Below are positions 41,401-53,289 of a stretch of DNA of 64,000 nt, in pieces; the first letter of the stretch is position 1; every line of letters begins with the position of its first letter. A program made the translations under genes and the position numbers. This DNA comes from Lama guanicoe. Lineage: Eukaryota. The notes under the pieces were generated by a model. The model saw nothing but the letters and a program-made list of their open reading frames with translations. It was not told the DNA's origin and searched no databases. The stretch covers positions 2,795,589 to 2,859,588 of the forward strand of contig MU053994.1 in assembly GCA_013239625.1 (NCBI GenBank), written 5' to 3'.

Positions 41401-41646
41401 CTCCTCTCAGACAACAGTGGAGTTAGACTAGAAATCAATAACAAAGATAACTGGAAAATCAGAAAATATGTGGAGATTAAACAACACCCTTTCTAAATAA
41501 CACGTGGATCAAAGAAGAAATCTCAAGAGAGATTTTTAAATATTTTGAAATAAATGAAAACAAAAATACTACATATCAAAATTTGTGGGATGCGGTAAAA
41601 ATCAGTGTTTAGAGGGAAATGTATAGCATGCATATATTAGAAAAGA
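38469..41646 (+). mobile_element. Nested L1 with 5' end, ORF1 and endonuclease, lacking its 3' half
   Basis: L1 5'-end-like start 'gactttcagtttctggttctgcatgtaaggagcttggaag'; ORF1 (MGNVSRDIRILRRSQKEKLEIKNTVTE); EN (WIKNQDPTIRCLQETHL); TSD 38454-38468 / 41647-41661. Confidence 0.8.
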
Positions 41647-43869
41647 AAATGCAATAACTGAAATGAAAAATTCACTAGAGGGGCTCAAAAGTAGCTTTAA
41701 ACTGGGAAAAGAAAGAATTAGTAAACTTACAGATAGAACAATGGAGATTATGCAATGTGAAGAACAGAGCAAATAGAATAAAGAAAAATGAATGGAGGTT
41801 CAGAAATATGGTCCACCGTCAAGTACAGCAACATCAAAGTAATGGGAATGCCAGGAGGAGAAGAAAGAGCAGAAAAAATATTTTTTTTAAATAATGTCTG
41901 AAAAATTCCTAAATTTGATGAAAACCATATGCATTCAGGAGACTCAACAAACTTCATGTAGGGTAAATTCAAAGAGAACCATAAACAGACATATCACAGT
42001 AAAAATGTGGAAAGCCAAAGACAACAAAATCTTGAAAGCAGAAAGAAAAAACACCTAGTCACTTACAAGGGAACCCCAATAAGAGTAACAATTGACTTCT
42101 CAGCAAAAACAATGTAAACCAAAAGGCAGTGGGATAATATATTCAAAGTGCTCAAACCAAAATGTCTACTGATAATCCTGTATCTCGGAAAGCTATCTTT
42201 CAAAAATGAAGATAAAATACATTGCCAGATAAATAATAACGGAGAGAATTTATTGCTAGCACACCCACCTTACAGAAATTAAATAAAGTTCTTCAGGTTG
42301 AAAGCAAGTGACCCCAGCCATTTGAATCCACAAGTAAAAACAGTACCAGTAAAGGTAATTGTGTAATTATAGAAGAGAGTATAAATGCACATTTCTTCTC
42401 CTTTCTTCTCTTCACTGATTTTAAAGGCAATTATAAAAAACAATATGTATGTAATTGTATTCTTGAGCCTATAACATATAGAAATGTAATATATTTGTCA
42501 ATAATAACACAAAGGAAATGGGTGGTGGCTAAGCTGTACTGGACAGAGGAAATGATACCAGATGGTAACAAAAATCCATAGGAACAAATGAAGAGAATTA
42601 GAAATAGTAAATAAGAAGGTTAATATAATCATATATTATGGTTATAATAATATAATGGCATAGTATAATGCCATAAATATATATATATATATATATACTT
42701 GCTCTCCTTTCTTCTCTCTGCTTCTTTAAGACATAAAATTATAGAAAGTAATAATTGCAGCAATGTATTATTGAGCTTGTACATACATAAGATGTAATAT
42801 ATATAACAATAATAGCACAAAAAGGGGGAAATGGTATAGAGCTATACAGCAGTAACGGTTCTATATCTCACTGAAACTGAATAAGTATAAATCCGAAGTG
42901 AATTTTGGTAAGTGGAGATGTGTAGGGTAAGCCCTAGAGCAACTACTAAGGAAATAACTCAAAAAATATAGTTAAAAAAATCATTAAAGTAACTAAGATT
43001 TTACATTAGAAAATATTCACTTAATGCAAAATAAAGAGTAAACAAGAAATAGAGGAACAAAAGAGACATGACACATATAGAAAACAAAAGGTAAAATGTT
43101 AGCCATAATTCTAACCATATCAGTGATAACATTAATGTGAATGGATTAAACAATCCAATCAAAAAGCAGAGATTGCTAGACTGGATTAAAATACAAGATC
43201 AAACTATATGCTGTCACAATTTAGATTCAAAGATACAAATAGATTGAAAGTAAAATGATGGGAAAAGATACATGGTGCATTCAGCAACCATAAGAAAGCT
43301 GGAGTGGCTATATTATCAAATAAAAGACTTCAAAGCAAAAAATGTTACTAAAGATTTTTTTAAGTATATTTTATAATGATAATAGGGTTAATACACCTGG
43401 AAGATATTACAATTATAAACATATATGAAAAAAATAAACATATATGCACCTAACAACCCAAAATACATGAAGCAAAAATTGACAAACATAAAGGAAGAAA
43501 TAAGTCAACAATAATAGCTGGAGACTTCAAAAGCCCCCATTCAATCATGGATAGAACACTTAGGCAGAAGGTCTAACTGGCAGATGATCAACAAGAAAAC
43601 AGAAGACATGAGCAGCGCTATAAGCCAACTAGACTAAACAAACACCCAAAGAACACATCACTCAACAATAGAATATAAATTCTTAAGTGCACATGAAACA
43701 CTCTCCAGATTATACCATATGGTAGGCCATAAAACAAACCTCAATCAAGTTAAAAGAATTAAAATAATAAAAAGTATGTTTTCTAATCACAGTAGAAAGA
43801 TTTTAGAAATCACTAAGTGAAAGGAATTTGAAAAACTCACAAATAAGAGGAAATTAAACAACACACTCC

Positions 43870-43975
43870 ACCGACTTGCTTGAGACCTTTCCTGAGGTGT
43901 TTGAGACCCCTCCTTACTATCTGAGAGTCTTTCTGTCAGCCTAAGACAGTTTTTAGCCTGTTTGAGAGCCTTCCT
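43870..43975. repeat. Remnant of the 21-bp array
   Basis: 'gacttgcttgagacctttcctgaggtgtttgagacccctccttactatctgagagtctttctg'. Confidence 0.85.
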
Positions 43976-44812
43976 TCTTTCTCGTCACAAATAAGACTTT
44001 TTATTTGTCACCACCAGAAGTCTGAATTTTAAACGGATTCTTGGACTGGTGGCTCATATCCATCAGCTTGTTCAACTTTAGCACCTATCTCATCCCCAAC
44101 AGATCGCCATCTTTTCCAGAACTGCTACCATCACCATGTAGGCCCATGAGTTTTCCCAGTTAAACTTGGGCTTCTTCAGCATTCTTACTTCTCTAACAAA
44201 AACATCATCAAGTGGATAAGTGCATGGGCAAACCTCTTCTATGTCTTTTCCAATGCTACCTAGAATCAGTTTATTAACCACTTTTTTCAAGACATTTGTC
44301 TACACCTCTAGGGTCATGATTTCCATCATCTTCTTCTGGATTTGACAGACCTGTTGGTGCTGAGTGTAAGAGCTCTTCCAAATCTAATTGCTGCCTTTTT
44401 CAGTAAAATAGATGAAGAAAATAAACTTTAGTAGTCTTGACATTCACATGAACTTCAATCATGCGCTGCCATTTTTTGATCATGGAGCACATTCTGTCAC
44501 AGGTAAGCTTCATGCCATGGAAGTTAGGCAGTTTTTGCCCTGAATATCCTTCGTAATTAGTTTGAATATTCTAAATGCAAATCCATCATTCTGCAGATCA
44601 GCAAGGCTCATTTCGAAAACATGATGCAATTTTGATTCCTTGAGTCCTTGTGACTAGTGTTTTTCCAACATTTCTTATATTGAACATAGCTGGTGCTTTT
44701 GCATCAAACCAATCTTTCTTAGAAATTGGATCAACCGCTTTCTTCTTGGCTCCCTTTTTGCTGCCTTTCATTAGGTGCTTGTTCCTGCCAGCTGTCAAGG
44801 TGCTATTCAGAA
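43976..44812 (-). pseudogene. RPS3A: Processed pseudogene of 40S ribosomal protein S3a
   Basis: Intronless. Translations [52 protein letters not shown] and [16 protein letters not shown]...[20 protein letters not shown]-terminal YEPPVQESV with stop at 44029-44031. Start ATG mutated to TTG (44796-44798), frameshifts, AATAAA at 44000-44005. Confidence 0.95.
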
Positions 44813-45040
44813 CCCTCCCTTCCTTTTTGAGACTCTTTCTGATTTCTCCATCCTGACATGTTTTTGATCCTTCTCTACCTATTTGAGATTCTCCCTGACT
44901 TGTTTGACCCTCCTCCTGACCTATTTGAGTCCTATCCTTATATATATAAAAGGACACTGAGGTTTTTCCAGACATCTTTGAGACCCTTTTGGTTTTGTTT
45001 GCGACTCCATCTGATGATGTTGAGACCCTTCCTCACTTAC
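44813..45040. repeat. Remnant (right end) of the 21-bp array
   Basis: 'tttgagactctttctga', 'atttgagattctccctgacttg', 'ttgagacccttcctcac'. Confidence 0.85.
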
Positions 45041-45289
45041 TTCTGGGTGCTGAATCCATCCCTGGTACAGTCTTAAGAGGAGGCAAAAAGACCATTAGCC
45101 TCAGATTTGTAAGAACCTTTCTTCAAGCATCTAGTCAAGAAATCTCTAGGACCATATATCGGGAAAAATCCATCAATGCCTTTTCCAATCCTCAACTGCA
45201 AATGGAAAATAGAGACTTTTTATTGGTCATTTTCCTAGTCCTTTAATCAGAATTTTCTACAATTTTGTTTGTGTCGGTGTTTTTCATTT

Positions 45290-45800
45290 GAATATAGTTT
45301 TAGCTATTATCTTGGAGAGCCAAAATTGTAATGTCTTTACACAATAGAAAGCAGTGCGTTTCTCCTTCATGTAAACATCTGGGCATATGTAGTCCAGGGC
45401 TGCTCTCTCAAGGTCATGGTGGTTCCCAAGCTCCTCTGTCTTATGGAACTACCATCCCTGGGTCCTTCTGTCTAATGGAACTGCCATGCCTGGGTGGAGC
45501 TTTTCCACAACATCCAAAATGCTCATTAGCAGATCCCTCTTCTAGCCAGCAAGAAGGGGGGAAAAATGGGGGGTAGGAAACTCTGCCTTTTTAGGGACAT
45601 GACCCACAAATTGCACATATCAGCTCTCCTCACATATGGCTGGCCAAAATGTAGTCACATGACCATACTTAGCTACAAAGGAAGCTGGGTAATGTAGTCT
45701 CTATTTTGGGAAGCCATTTTACCTTATTAAATTCCCACTTCTATCACTACCAAAAAAATAGACAAAAAGGATACTGAGGAACAATTAGCAGTCTATTTAC
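45290..45800 (-). mobile_element. Old MaLR (MLT1K-like) LTR
   Basis: 'tagtcacatgaccatacttagctacaaaggaagctgggtaatgtagtct'. Confidence 0.6.
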
Positions 45801-46744
45801 AGCCTCCCATTTTGAAACTTAGAAATTTTTAATTTGGCTAAAAAAACTATTCCCCTCTCTGACCAGAGAACAGAGTGGAATTTTCCACCCTTTTCTCTTC
45901 CTTAACTTGGTAGCTCCCATGGAATAGTTTTAAAGTCTAAGCAATGAAAACCAAGGGGGGAAAAGTTGCTTAAAATTGGAGTGTTTATTTGTAATCAAAA
46001 ATGACTTGGACTACCACACTGGTACCTGGAGACCAACCTGAATTTTGTAATTGAATGCCTGCGCACGTAGCAAGAGCACAGAACATTTTGAGATGCAGAG
46101 TAGTATCAGATCACCATCTGGACCATAAATAATTTATACATTTTAAATACCCGGGAATCACATGGGTCAGGAATAAATAACATACAAAATCTCAGTGAGA
46201 AAGACATTCTCCAAATATTGTATCTTGAATCCAATTTAAAGCCTAATGACAGTTCCGAGAATTGGATTAAAATGCAGGAAAGGCTCCCAGTGCTTATGTA
46301 AAACTAAATGAACATTATTCTTGATTTTCAAAAATATACAAAAGAACAGCTGATCAAGTTAAGCTGGAATCTCCAGAATCCAGTCATCAAGAAGCCAGCT
46401 AGAACTGAACTCCATATTTAATGCCCTGTCTTTATGTAAGACTTTGAGGTAAGACTCTCTTATCAGATCCTGACCAAACAGTGACTTTACATGCTGGACC
46501 CTGAGTTTGTGAACTATGGTCAATGCTTTAGCTGTTTTTGCGAGAGCTTGCTGAGGTAGCTGATTCCAGTACACTTGAAGAAAGACAGAAGATGGCAGAA
46601 AGAGTGTCAGGGGGCTGGTGTTAGTTGGTGGTGAGAGGGTGAGGCAGAGCACTGGGCTGCCCCAGATCCGGTGGGCGGGGCACAGGCAGAGGGTAAGGTC
46701 GAGCTGGGCATTGACATGAAGCCATACAGAAGCTCTTCCAGGGT

Positions 46745-46935
46745 AGAGTCAACTTGCTAAGAGACCAGATCTTAATTGTTCCCAACACTAGAAGAAATGA
46801 TAATTATCTGACACATGATAGAGGTATTAGCTAATGGCACAATGGCAATCGTACTGCAATACAAATGTATCAATCTATATGGTGTATACTTTGAACTGAC
46901 ACAATGTGATATGTCAAATATATCTCAATAAAGAA
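46745..46935 (+). mobile_element. Short L1 3' tail
   Basis: 'acttgctaagagaccagatctt...tgtcaaatatatctcaataaa'. Confidence 0.7.
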
Positions 46936-46964
46936 ATTTTATATATATATAATATAATATATAT

Positions 46965-47410
46965 ATAGTTGGTGGGAATATAAATTGATACAACCACTTT
47001 GGAGAATAGTTTTACATTATCTACTAAAGTTAAACATATGCCTACCTTATGACCCAGCAATCTCACTCCTGAGTATATACCCAAAAGAAATGAGTGCATA
47101 TGTCCACCAAAATACACATACAAGAATATTCATAGCAGCACTATTCATACTAGTCAACATTGGCAACAACCAAAATATCCATCAATAGGAGAATGGATAA
47201 ATACTTTGGTGGAATAATACACAGCCACAAAAAAGAATGACTAAGACACAATAATACAGATGAATATCAAAGATATTATGATGAATGAAAGAAGCCAGAC
47301 ACAAAAGAGTACATACTGTGTGATTCCATTTATATCAGCTCCAAGAACAGGCAAAACTATAGCTCCTGATTGAAGTCAAAATAATGATTTCCTCTGGGGG
47401 CGGGGGGTGT
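46965..47410 (+). mobile_element. L1MB/ME-type 3' fragment
   Basis: LPYDPAISLLSIYPKEM peptide followed by 3' sequence. Confidence 0.75.
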
Positions 47411-47449
47411 TATTAACAAACGCAATAAGTGCTCATTGTAAAACACAAA

Positions 47450-47975
47450 CAACACTGCCTGGACCTCTCTTCCTCCGTGTATCTCCAAAGCTAACTCTCA
47501 CCTTGAAGTCTTCGTTCAAACGTCACTGAGTCAGCCTGACCACCTTGTGAGAACTTGCAATCTATACCCCTCAACTCCTGATCCTTTTTATCCTCCTTTT
47601 TCACTTTGTCTATTATACCTCTTACGTTCTGAAATACTCTAGTATTTACTGATTATATTTTGTGCTTGCTACCTTGGCCCCTTGCTAGAATGTAAGCTCC
47701 ACATCCAATGACTGTTTTTTGTGGGGAAAATAAAGACCCAGCCCACTCGCCCCAATTCAGGGTGTTGACGATAGGCTTATCCCTGCTCCAGAGCTCCCTG
47801 GGGGATCCACTGGGGCCTTTGTTACAATCACATCCAAACCCAGCTTTCCCCTCTGCCCAATCAGACCCCTCTCCCACACCAAAAGTATTGATTTCTAGAG
47901 AACTTCCCCGTAAGTTGCCTGCATGTGAATCACAGTCTCAAAAGTCTGTTTCTTGGAGGACCTGAACTGGGACAC
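47450..47975 (+). mobile_element. L2 3' fragment followed by an LTR16/33-like fragment
   Basis: 'ccttgctagaatgtaagctcc' (L2); 'cctgcatgtgaatcacagtctcaaaagtctgtttcttggagga' (LTR end). Confidence 0.5.
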
Positions 47976-48293
47976 TGCCGTTCACTGAAACAAAAAACAA
48001 AGTAGGGACCAGATACCAGGGAAGAGTCATGAGTTCAGATTTCAACATGTTCCCTTTGAAGCAACTTTGCCATATCTAAGAAATGTCAAGCAGGCACCGG
48101 CATATGTAAGAAAAAGGAGATTTTTCCCTCAAGCTGCTCATGATATAATCAAGAAGATAAGATACAGGTTCCCAAAAAATCCATAACATGAGGTTTTATA
48201 TTACATGAAATTAGAGATAAAGTGCTAGAGGGGTCCAGAGATATCAGGAAAGATCTCCTGGCAATACTGACTTTTTTTTTAACGTGATCAGTG

Positions 48294-48444
48294 TTTTTTT
48301 TTCTTTTCCACTATTCTTTTTTTGGGGGGGGGAGTATAATTTGATTTATGTATTTACTTATTTATGTAATGGAGGTACTGGGGGTTGAACCCAGGACCTC
48401 ATGCACGCTAAGCACGTGCTCTACCACTGAGCTCTACCCTCCCC
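48294..48444 (-). mobile_element. Camelid tRNA-derived SINE (Vic-1-like)
   Basis: Minus strand reads 'ggggagggtagagctcagtggtagagcacgtgcttagcgtgcatgaggtcctgggttcaa'; TSD taacRtgatcagtg at 48280-48293 and 48448-48461. Confidence 0.85.
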
Positions 48445-48601
48445 TCGTAACATGATCAGTGAAGATGGGGGCAGACGCAGAACAACAGGAAGATAGGCCT
48501 GAAGATAAAACACTCAGAGTAAACACAGGGAGCAGTGGGCAGTTCAGTTGGAACGGAGGGTCAAGTACACAAAGGGGCTTAGCGGGACACAAGGTTAGGA
48601 A

Positions 48602-49060
48602 GTATATTAGCCAGGGTTCTCCAGAGAAACAGAACCGATGTGTGTGTATGTATTGAAAGAGATTCATTACAAGGAGCTGGCTCACATGATTAAGGAGGCT
48701 GGCAAGTCCAAAATCTGCAGGGTGGGCTGCAGGCTTGGAGACTCAGTAGTGCAGGTCTAGCCTGAAGACCATCTACTGTACAGCCAGGAAGACCCATGTT
48801 GCAGGTGGAGTCTGAAGGCAGACTACTAGAGAATTCTTTCTTGCTTGAGGGTGACTGGTCTTTTCGCTCTATTCAGGCCTTAGAGTGATTGGATGAGGCC
48901 CACCCACATTAGCGGGGCAATCTGCTTTCCTTAAAGTCCACCAGTTTAAATATTAACCTCATCTACCAACACTCTCACAGAAACACTCAGAATAGTGTTT
49001 GACCAAGTTTCTTGGCAACCCATGGACCAGCCAAGTTGACATGTACGATTAACCATCGCG
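48602..49060 (-). mobile_element. MLT2B-like ERVL LTR
   Basis: 'tattagccagggttctccagagaaacagaacc...ggaggctggcaagtccaaaatctgcaggg...ttaaccatc'. Confidence 0.8.
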
Positions 49061-49079
49061 GGAAGATATGGGCGAGGAA

Positions 49080-49390
49080 AGACTTTGAATGCTCGTGTTT
49101 AGGCTGTGAGAACCTCCAGAGGTTTAAAGACCAGGGGATTGGAATGAGAGAGCCTAGAGGCAGAGAGAGAATTTAGAAGACCACTGTGATCATCCCGGCA
49201 AGAGGGAAAACAGGATAATGACAGTGAGCCTGGAGGGAGGAAACAGAAGCAAACAACATGGAACTGACAAGATTTGGCAAGTGACCAGTCCTGGGGGATG
49301 AGGGAAAGTATGCAGAGAATGACTCTGTAGTTTCAAACCGAGGCACCTAGGAGGATGATGACGCCACTGGGAGAAATGAAAGGATTGGGA
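49080..49390 (-). mobile_element. L2 fragment
   Basis: Antisense L2-like 'agaccactgtgatcatccc...gaactgacaagatttggcaagtgac'. Confidence 0.5.
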
Positions 49391-50730
49391 GAGAGAAGAT
49401 ACCTGCCTCCCTGAGGGCTCCTCCACTTGAGGTTTGGGACATGTTCAGGTTATCAACTGATGTGTAACAAACCACTCCAAAATGATGACCTAAAACCAGT
49501 ACAATATTTTGCTCACAGGCCTGAGGGTAACTGGACTCGCATAAACAGTTCTCATTCCACATAATGATGCATCATATTAATTTTGTGTTGGTAACAGGAA
49601 ATTAATTCTTCACATCAGAGTTATTAAATGGATGAGGAAAGCAAACATTTCTGCACATTATTTACTGAAATTTTTTAACTGAGTACCATTTTTATCTACT
49701 GACACTGATTAATTCTAGATCCTACTTCATTGCCCTAAAGAAAATAATCTACTGTGTGCACCTCTCCTGTGTTCTGAGTTAGAAAGTGTTCTGAGTTAGA
49801 AAATGGAATGTCTAACATGCTTGAAAAGTTAGAGCTAGGTTGAATTAACAATCTTTTAATTTTAGATTTCCCTTTGATTATAGGCCTGCTGGATTTTATT
49901 AAATATTCTAGATCCAGTTGAAAGTTTTAGAACTTTATTGAGGCATAACTTACTACCATATAATTCACCCTATTTTTAAATCTGCAATTCACTGATTTGT
50001 AGTAAATGTATTGAGTTGTGTACCGATCACCACAAGACAATTTTAGAACATCCCAGTCATCCTAGTCCCAGGCAACCACTGTCCCTACAGATTTTCCTTT
50101 TCTGGGCTTTTCATATAAACAGAATTATACAATATGTGTTCTTATGAGTCTGGCTTCTTTCACTGAGCATGATGTTTCCGGGTACATGCATGCGGTGGCA
50201 TGCATCAATACCTCAATTTTTTAATAATAAAATAATATTCCACTGTATTTTATTTATCTATTCATCAGTGGGTGGATATTTGGGTTGTTTCCACCTTTTG
50301 GCTATTTATGAATAATGCTGCTGTAAATATCTACATGCAAGTCTTTGTGTGGACACAAACTTTCACCTTTCTTGTGTGAAGAGAGTGGAGTGGCTGGGTC
50401 ACATGGTAAATTTACATTTAACTTTTTAAGAGACTCCTCCCAAACTATTTTCCAAAGTTACTGTAACATTTTTTTCTTATCTACTAGCAGTAGGGCTCCC
50501 ATTTCTCCACATTCTTGCCAGCATTTGTTCCTGTCTGTCATTTTGATTCTAGCCAGCCTAGTGGGCATGAAATGGTATCTCACTGTGGTTTTGACTCGCA
50601 TTCCCTCCTAACAAGGATGTTAAGCATCCTTTCCTGTGCCTATTAGCCATTTGTACATTGTCTTTGATGAAGTGTCTTCTCGAATTCTTTGCTCATTTTT
50701 AATTGGGTCGTTTGTTTAAAATTGAGTGTA

Positions 50731-50872
50731 GGGGAAGGGGATAGCTCAGTTGTAGCGTGCACGTTTAGCATGCGTGAGGTCATGGGTTTGACCCCCAGTT
50801 AAATAAAAATAATAATAATGATGATAATAAAATAAATATTACCTCCCCTCCCCCCCAAAAAACAAAAAAATT
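50731..50872 (+). mobile_element. Camelid SINE (Vic-1-like)
   Basis: 'ggggaaggggatagctcagttgtagcgtgcacgtttagcatgcgtgaggtcatgggtttgacccccag' plus tail; TSD aaattgagtg at 50719-50728 and 50873-50882. Confidence 0.85.
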
Positions 50873-50909
50873 AAATTGAGTGGTGGAAAATAAAAATAAA
50901 ACATTTTTA

Positions 50910-51046
50910 TGTTTGTTTTTCATTTGTTTTGGTGGGGAGGAGGTAATTAGGTATTTATTTATTTTTAATGGAGGTACTGGGCTTGAACCTAGGACCTCAT
51001 GCATGCTAAGCATGCACTCTACCACTGAGCTATACCCTCCCCGCCC
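50910..51046 (-). mobile_element. Camelid SINE (Vic-1-like)
   Basis: Minus strand 'ggggagggtatagctcagtggtagagtgcatgcttagcatgcatgaggtcctaggttcaa'; TSD taaaacattttta at 50897-50909 and 51047-51059. Confidence 0.9.
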
Positions 51047-51324
51047 TAAAACATTTTTAAAAATTGAGTTGTAAGAGTTTTTTATTCCAGGTTGAAATTT
51101 AGTGTAATCAATATAACCCTTCTGGAATACAATATGGTATTATGTTTCAAATGCCCTAGAATTTTACTTATTTGTTTGTTTTGCTTATCTCTCCAAGCGG
51201 CCATCATGGCGGATACTGTGATTCACTACCCAGATCTTCCTTCTTGCTGTCCAACTCCAAGAGTATGGTTAGCAGACAGCCTTTATATGTCAGTGCTCTA
51301 GGGTCTGCTTCAGCTACAGATAAT

Positions 51325-51412
51325 AATGATATCCAGGTCCATCCATGTTGCTGCAAATTGCATTATTTTATTCTTTTTATGGCTGAGTAGTATTCCATTG
51401 TATGTATGTATG

Positions 51413-51447
<35 letters not shown>

Positions 51448-52350
51448 CCCACCACACTTTCTTTATCCAGTCATCTATCGATGGACATTTAGGTTGTTCC
51501 CATGTCTTGGCTATCATAAATAGTACTACTATGAACACTGAGGTGCAGGTGTCTTTTTGAATTATAGTTTTTTCTGGGTATATGCCCAGGAGTGGGAGTG
51601 CTGGATCGTATGGTAAGTCTATTTTCAGTTTTTCAAGGAACCTCCATACTGTCCTCCATAGTGGCTGCAACAATTTACATCCCCAGCAACAGTGTACAAG
51701 GGTTCCTTTTTCTCCACACCCTCTCCAGCATTTATTATTTGTAGACTTTTAAACAATGGCCATCCTGCCTGGTGTGAGGTGATACCTCATTGTAGTTTTG
51801 ATTTACATTGTTCTAATACTTAGCAGTATTGAGCATCTTTTCATGTGCCTGTTGGATGTCTTCTTTGGAGAGAGATCTATTTAGGTCTTCTGCCATTGTG
51901 ATTTTGATAGGGATTGCACTGAAGCTACAGACTGCTCTGGGTAGCATGGACATTTTAACAATATTAATTCTGCCAATCCATGAGCACAGAATAACTTTCC
52001 ATTTATTTGTGTCTTATTCTTTCAACAAAATCTTATAGATTTCAGTGTACAGATCTTTCAGCTCCTTGGTTAAATTTATTCCTAAGTATTTTATTGTTTT
52101 TGATGCTATTGTGAATGGGATTGTCTCATTTCTTTTTCAGATGTTTTGTAGTTAGTATATAAAAACGCAACTGTTTTCTGTGTGTTGATTTTGTATCCTG
52201 CAACTTTTCTGAATGTGTTGATTAGTTCCAGCAGCTTTTATGTGGAGTCTTTTGGATTTTCTATATATAAGATTATATCATCTGAACACAAAGACTATTT
52301 TACTTCTTCTTTTCGGTTTTGGATGCCTTTATCTCTTCTGCTTGCCTAAT
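51325..52350 (-). mobile_element. L1 ORF2 fragments (register jump at ~51895) within an LTR16/33-like LTR (51200-51325, 52355-52430)
   Basis: [17 protein letters not shown] peptide; LTR end 'aataaacatcc...catctcagaatcagcttcctggagagcccaacctccaaca'. Confidence 0.7.
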
Positions 52351-53289
52351 TGCCAAGAGTACTTATTAATAAACATCCAACACACTAAACTCCATCTCAG
52401 AATCAGCTTCCTGGAGAGCCCAACCTCCAACAGGCAGCTTTCATTTTAACTCCTCAGAGACTGGTGTACAGGCACACTCATGCACACATTCTATCACTTG
52501 ATTGGCCCAGAGATGAGCACCTGGCCCAAGGTGGATAGATCAGAGCCTTTCTCTGGGGGGTAGTGAACTTGGGACTCTGAGAAACTAAATTGCTGCCCCT
52601 CTCTGGTATAAACCTGGAAAATAGGAGGGTAGGAAAGAGTAACACAGTGTGTCCGGTTGCTCGCTCCTTGCATGTCTCCAAGGGAACCTAGAACCACGAT
52701 CAAGCGTTGCCTAGCACCTGGGAACGTAGCCCTGGGAAGGTTTTCTTTTATGTTCATGATTGATGATTTTGTTGTGTATACCTGGAGCAATGGACCGTGT
52801 TGTACCAGCTTGTCAGGACTGCCTCGCACAAACATCAAGATTGATGATGTGCACCTAAAGCAAACCAGCTGTCCAGCTGGGCGCTGCGAGGGATGGACGG
52901 AACGGGAATGCCCCTCTCTGAGCCATGCCGGCTACCAGCAGGATGACCGTGCCTCTGTCTTCTCCACAGTCCACAGTGGAGCCAGCAAGTCTCCTGCAGC
53001 CTTTTGACCTTAGATCCAGAGCAGAGAATAATAAGGGGCAACCTGGAAATTAATATCTCTGTCTTGGTAATCATTTTGTCTCCTAGAACAGATCCAACTG
53101 TCCCAGAAACATCTCGGTTACACGTGTCTGTAGTATCCACAGGTGAATTTTGAACCTAGAAACTCTTTGACCCTCTTTGCAGATAACTAATGTATATTCA
53201 ACAACGACAGAAACGGAACTCACGAATAGCCAAGTCATAGATTGGTGAATTCTTCTTTAAATAGTTATTGCTTTCTCTAATCATTAAGT

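Larger units (their letters stand above)
36853..43869 (+). mobile_element. Ancient L1 5' part (5'UTR, ORF1, inter-ORF, ORF2 endonuclease), host for nested elements
   Basis: ORF1-like 'SDLIDQDVKVAIINIFKELKE' at 37915, continuing at 38377 and 41662; EN-like region 43060-43869 ends at 'aaattaaacaacacactcc'. Confidence 0.75.
49930..51090 (-). mobile_element. L1MB-type 3' end interrupted by two SINEs
   Basis: 'tttattgaggcataacttac...tggcttctttcactgagcatgatg'; resumes at 51061 'aaattgagttgtaagagtt'. Confidence 0.75.

Noticed and set aside
44598..44975. 125-aa ORF as a repeat-RPS3A fusion protein
   Set aside because: Chance read-through from array remnant into a frameshifted pseudogene; the native ATG is lost.
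45031..45045. Minus-strand GTAAGT donor at the array's right edge
   Set aside because: 'acttac'-like words arise naturally from array units, and I identified no partner exon.
50731..51046. tRNA genes
   Set aside because: The tRNA-like heads continue into SINE bodies with tails and TSDs, so they are SINEs.
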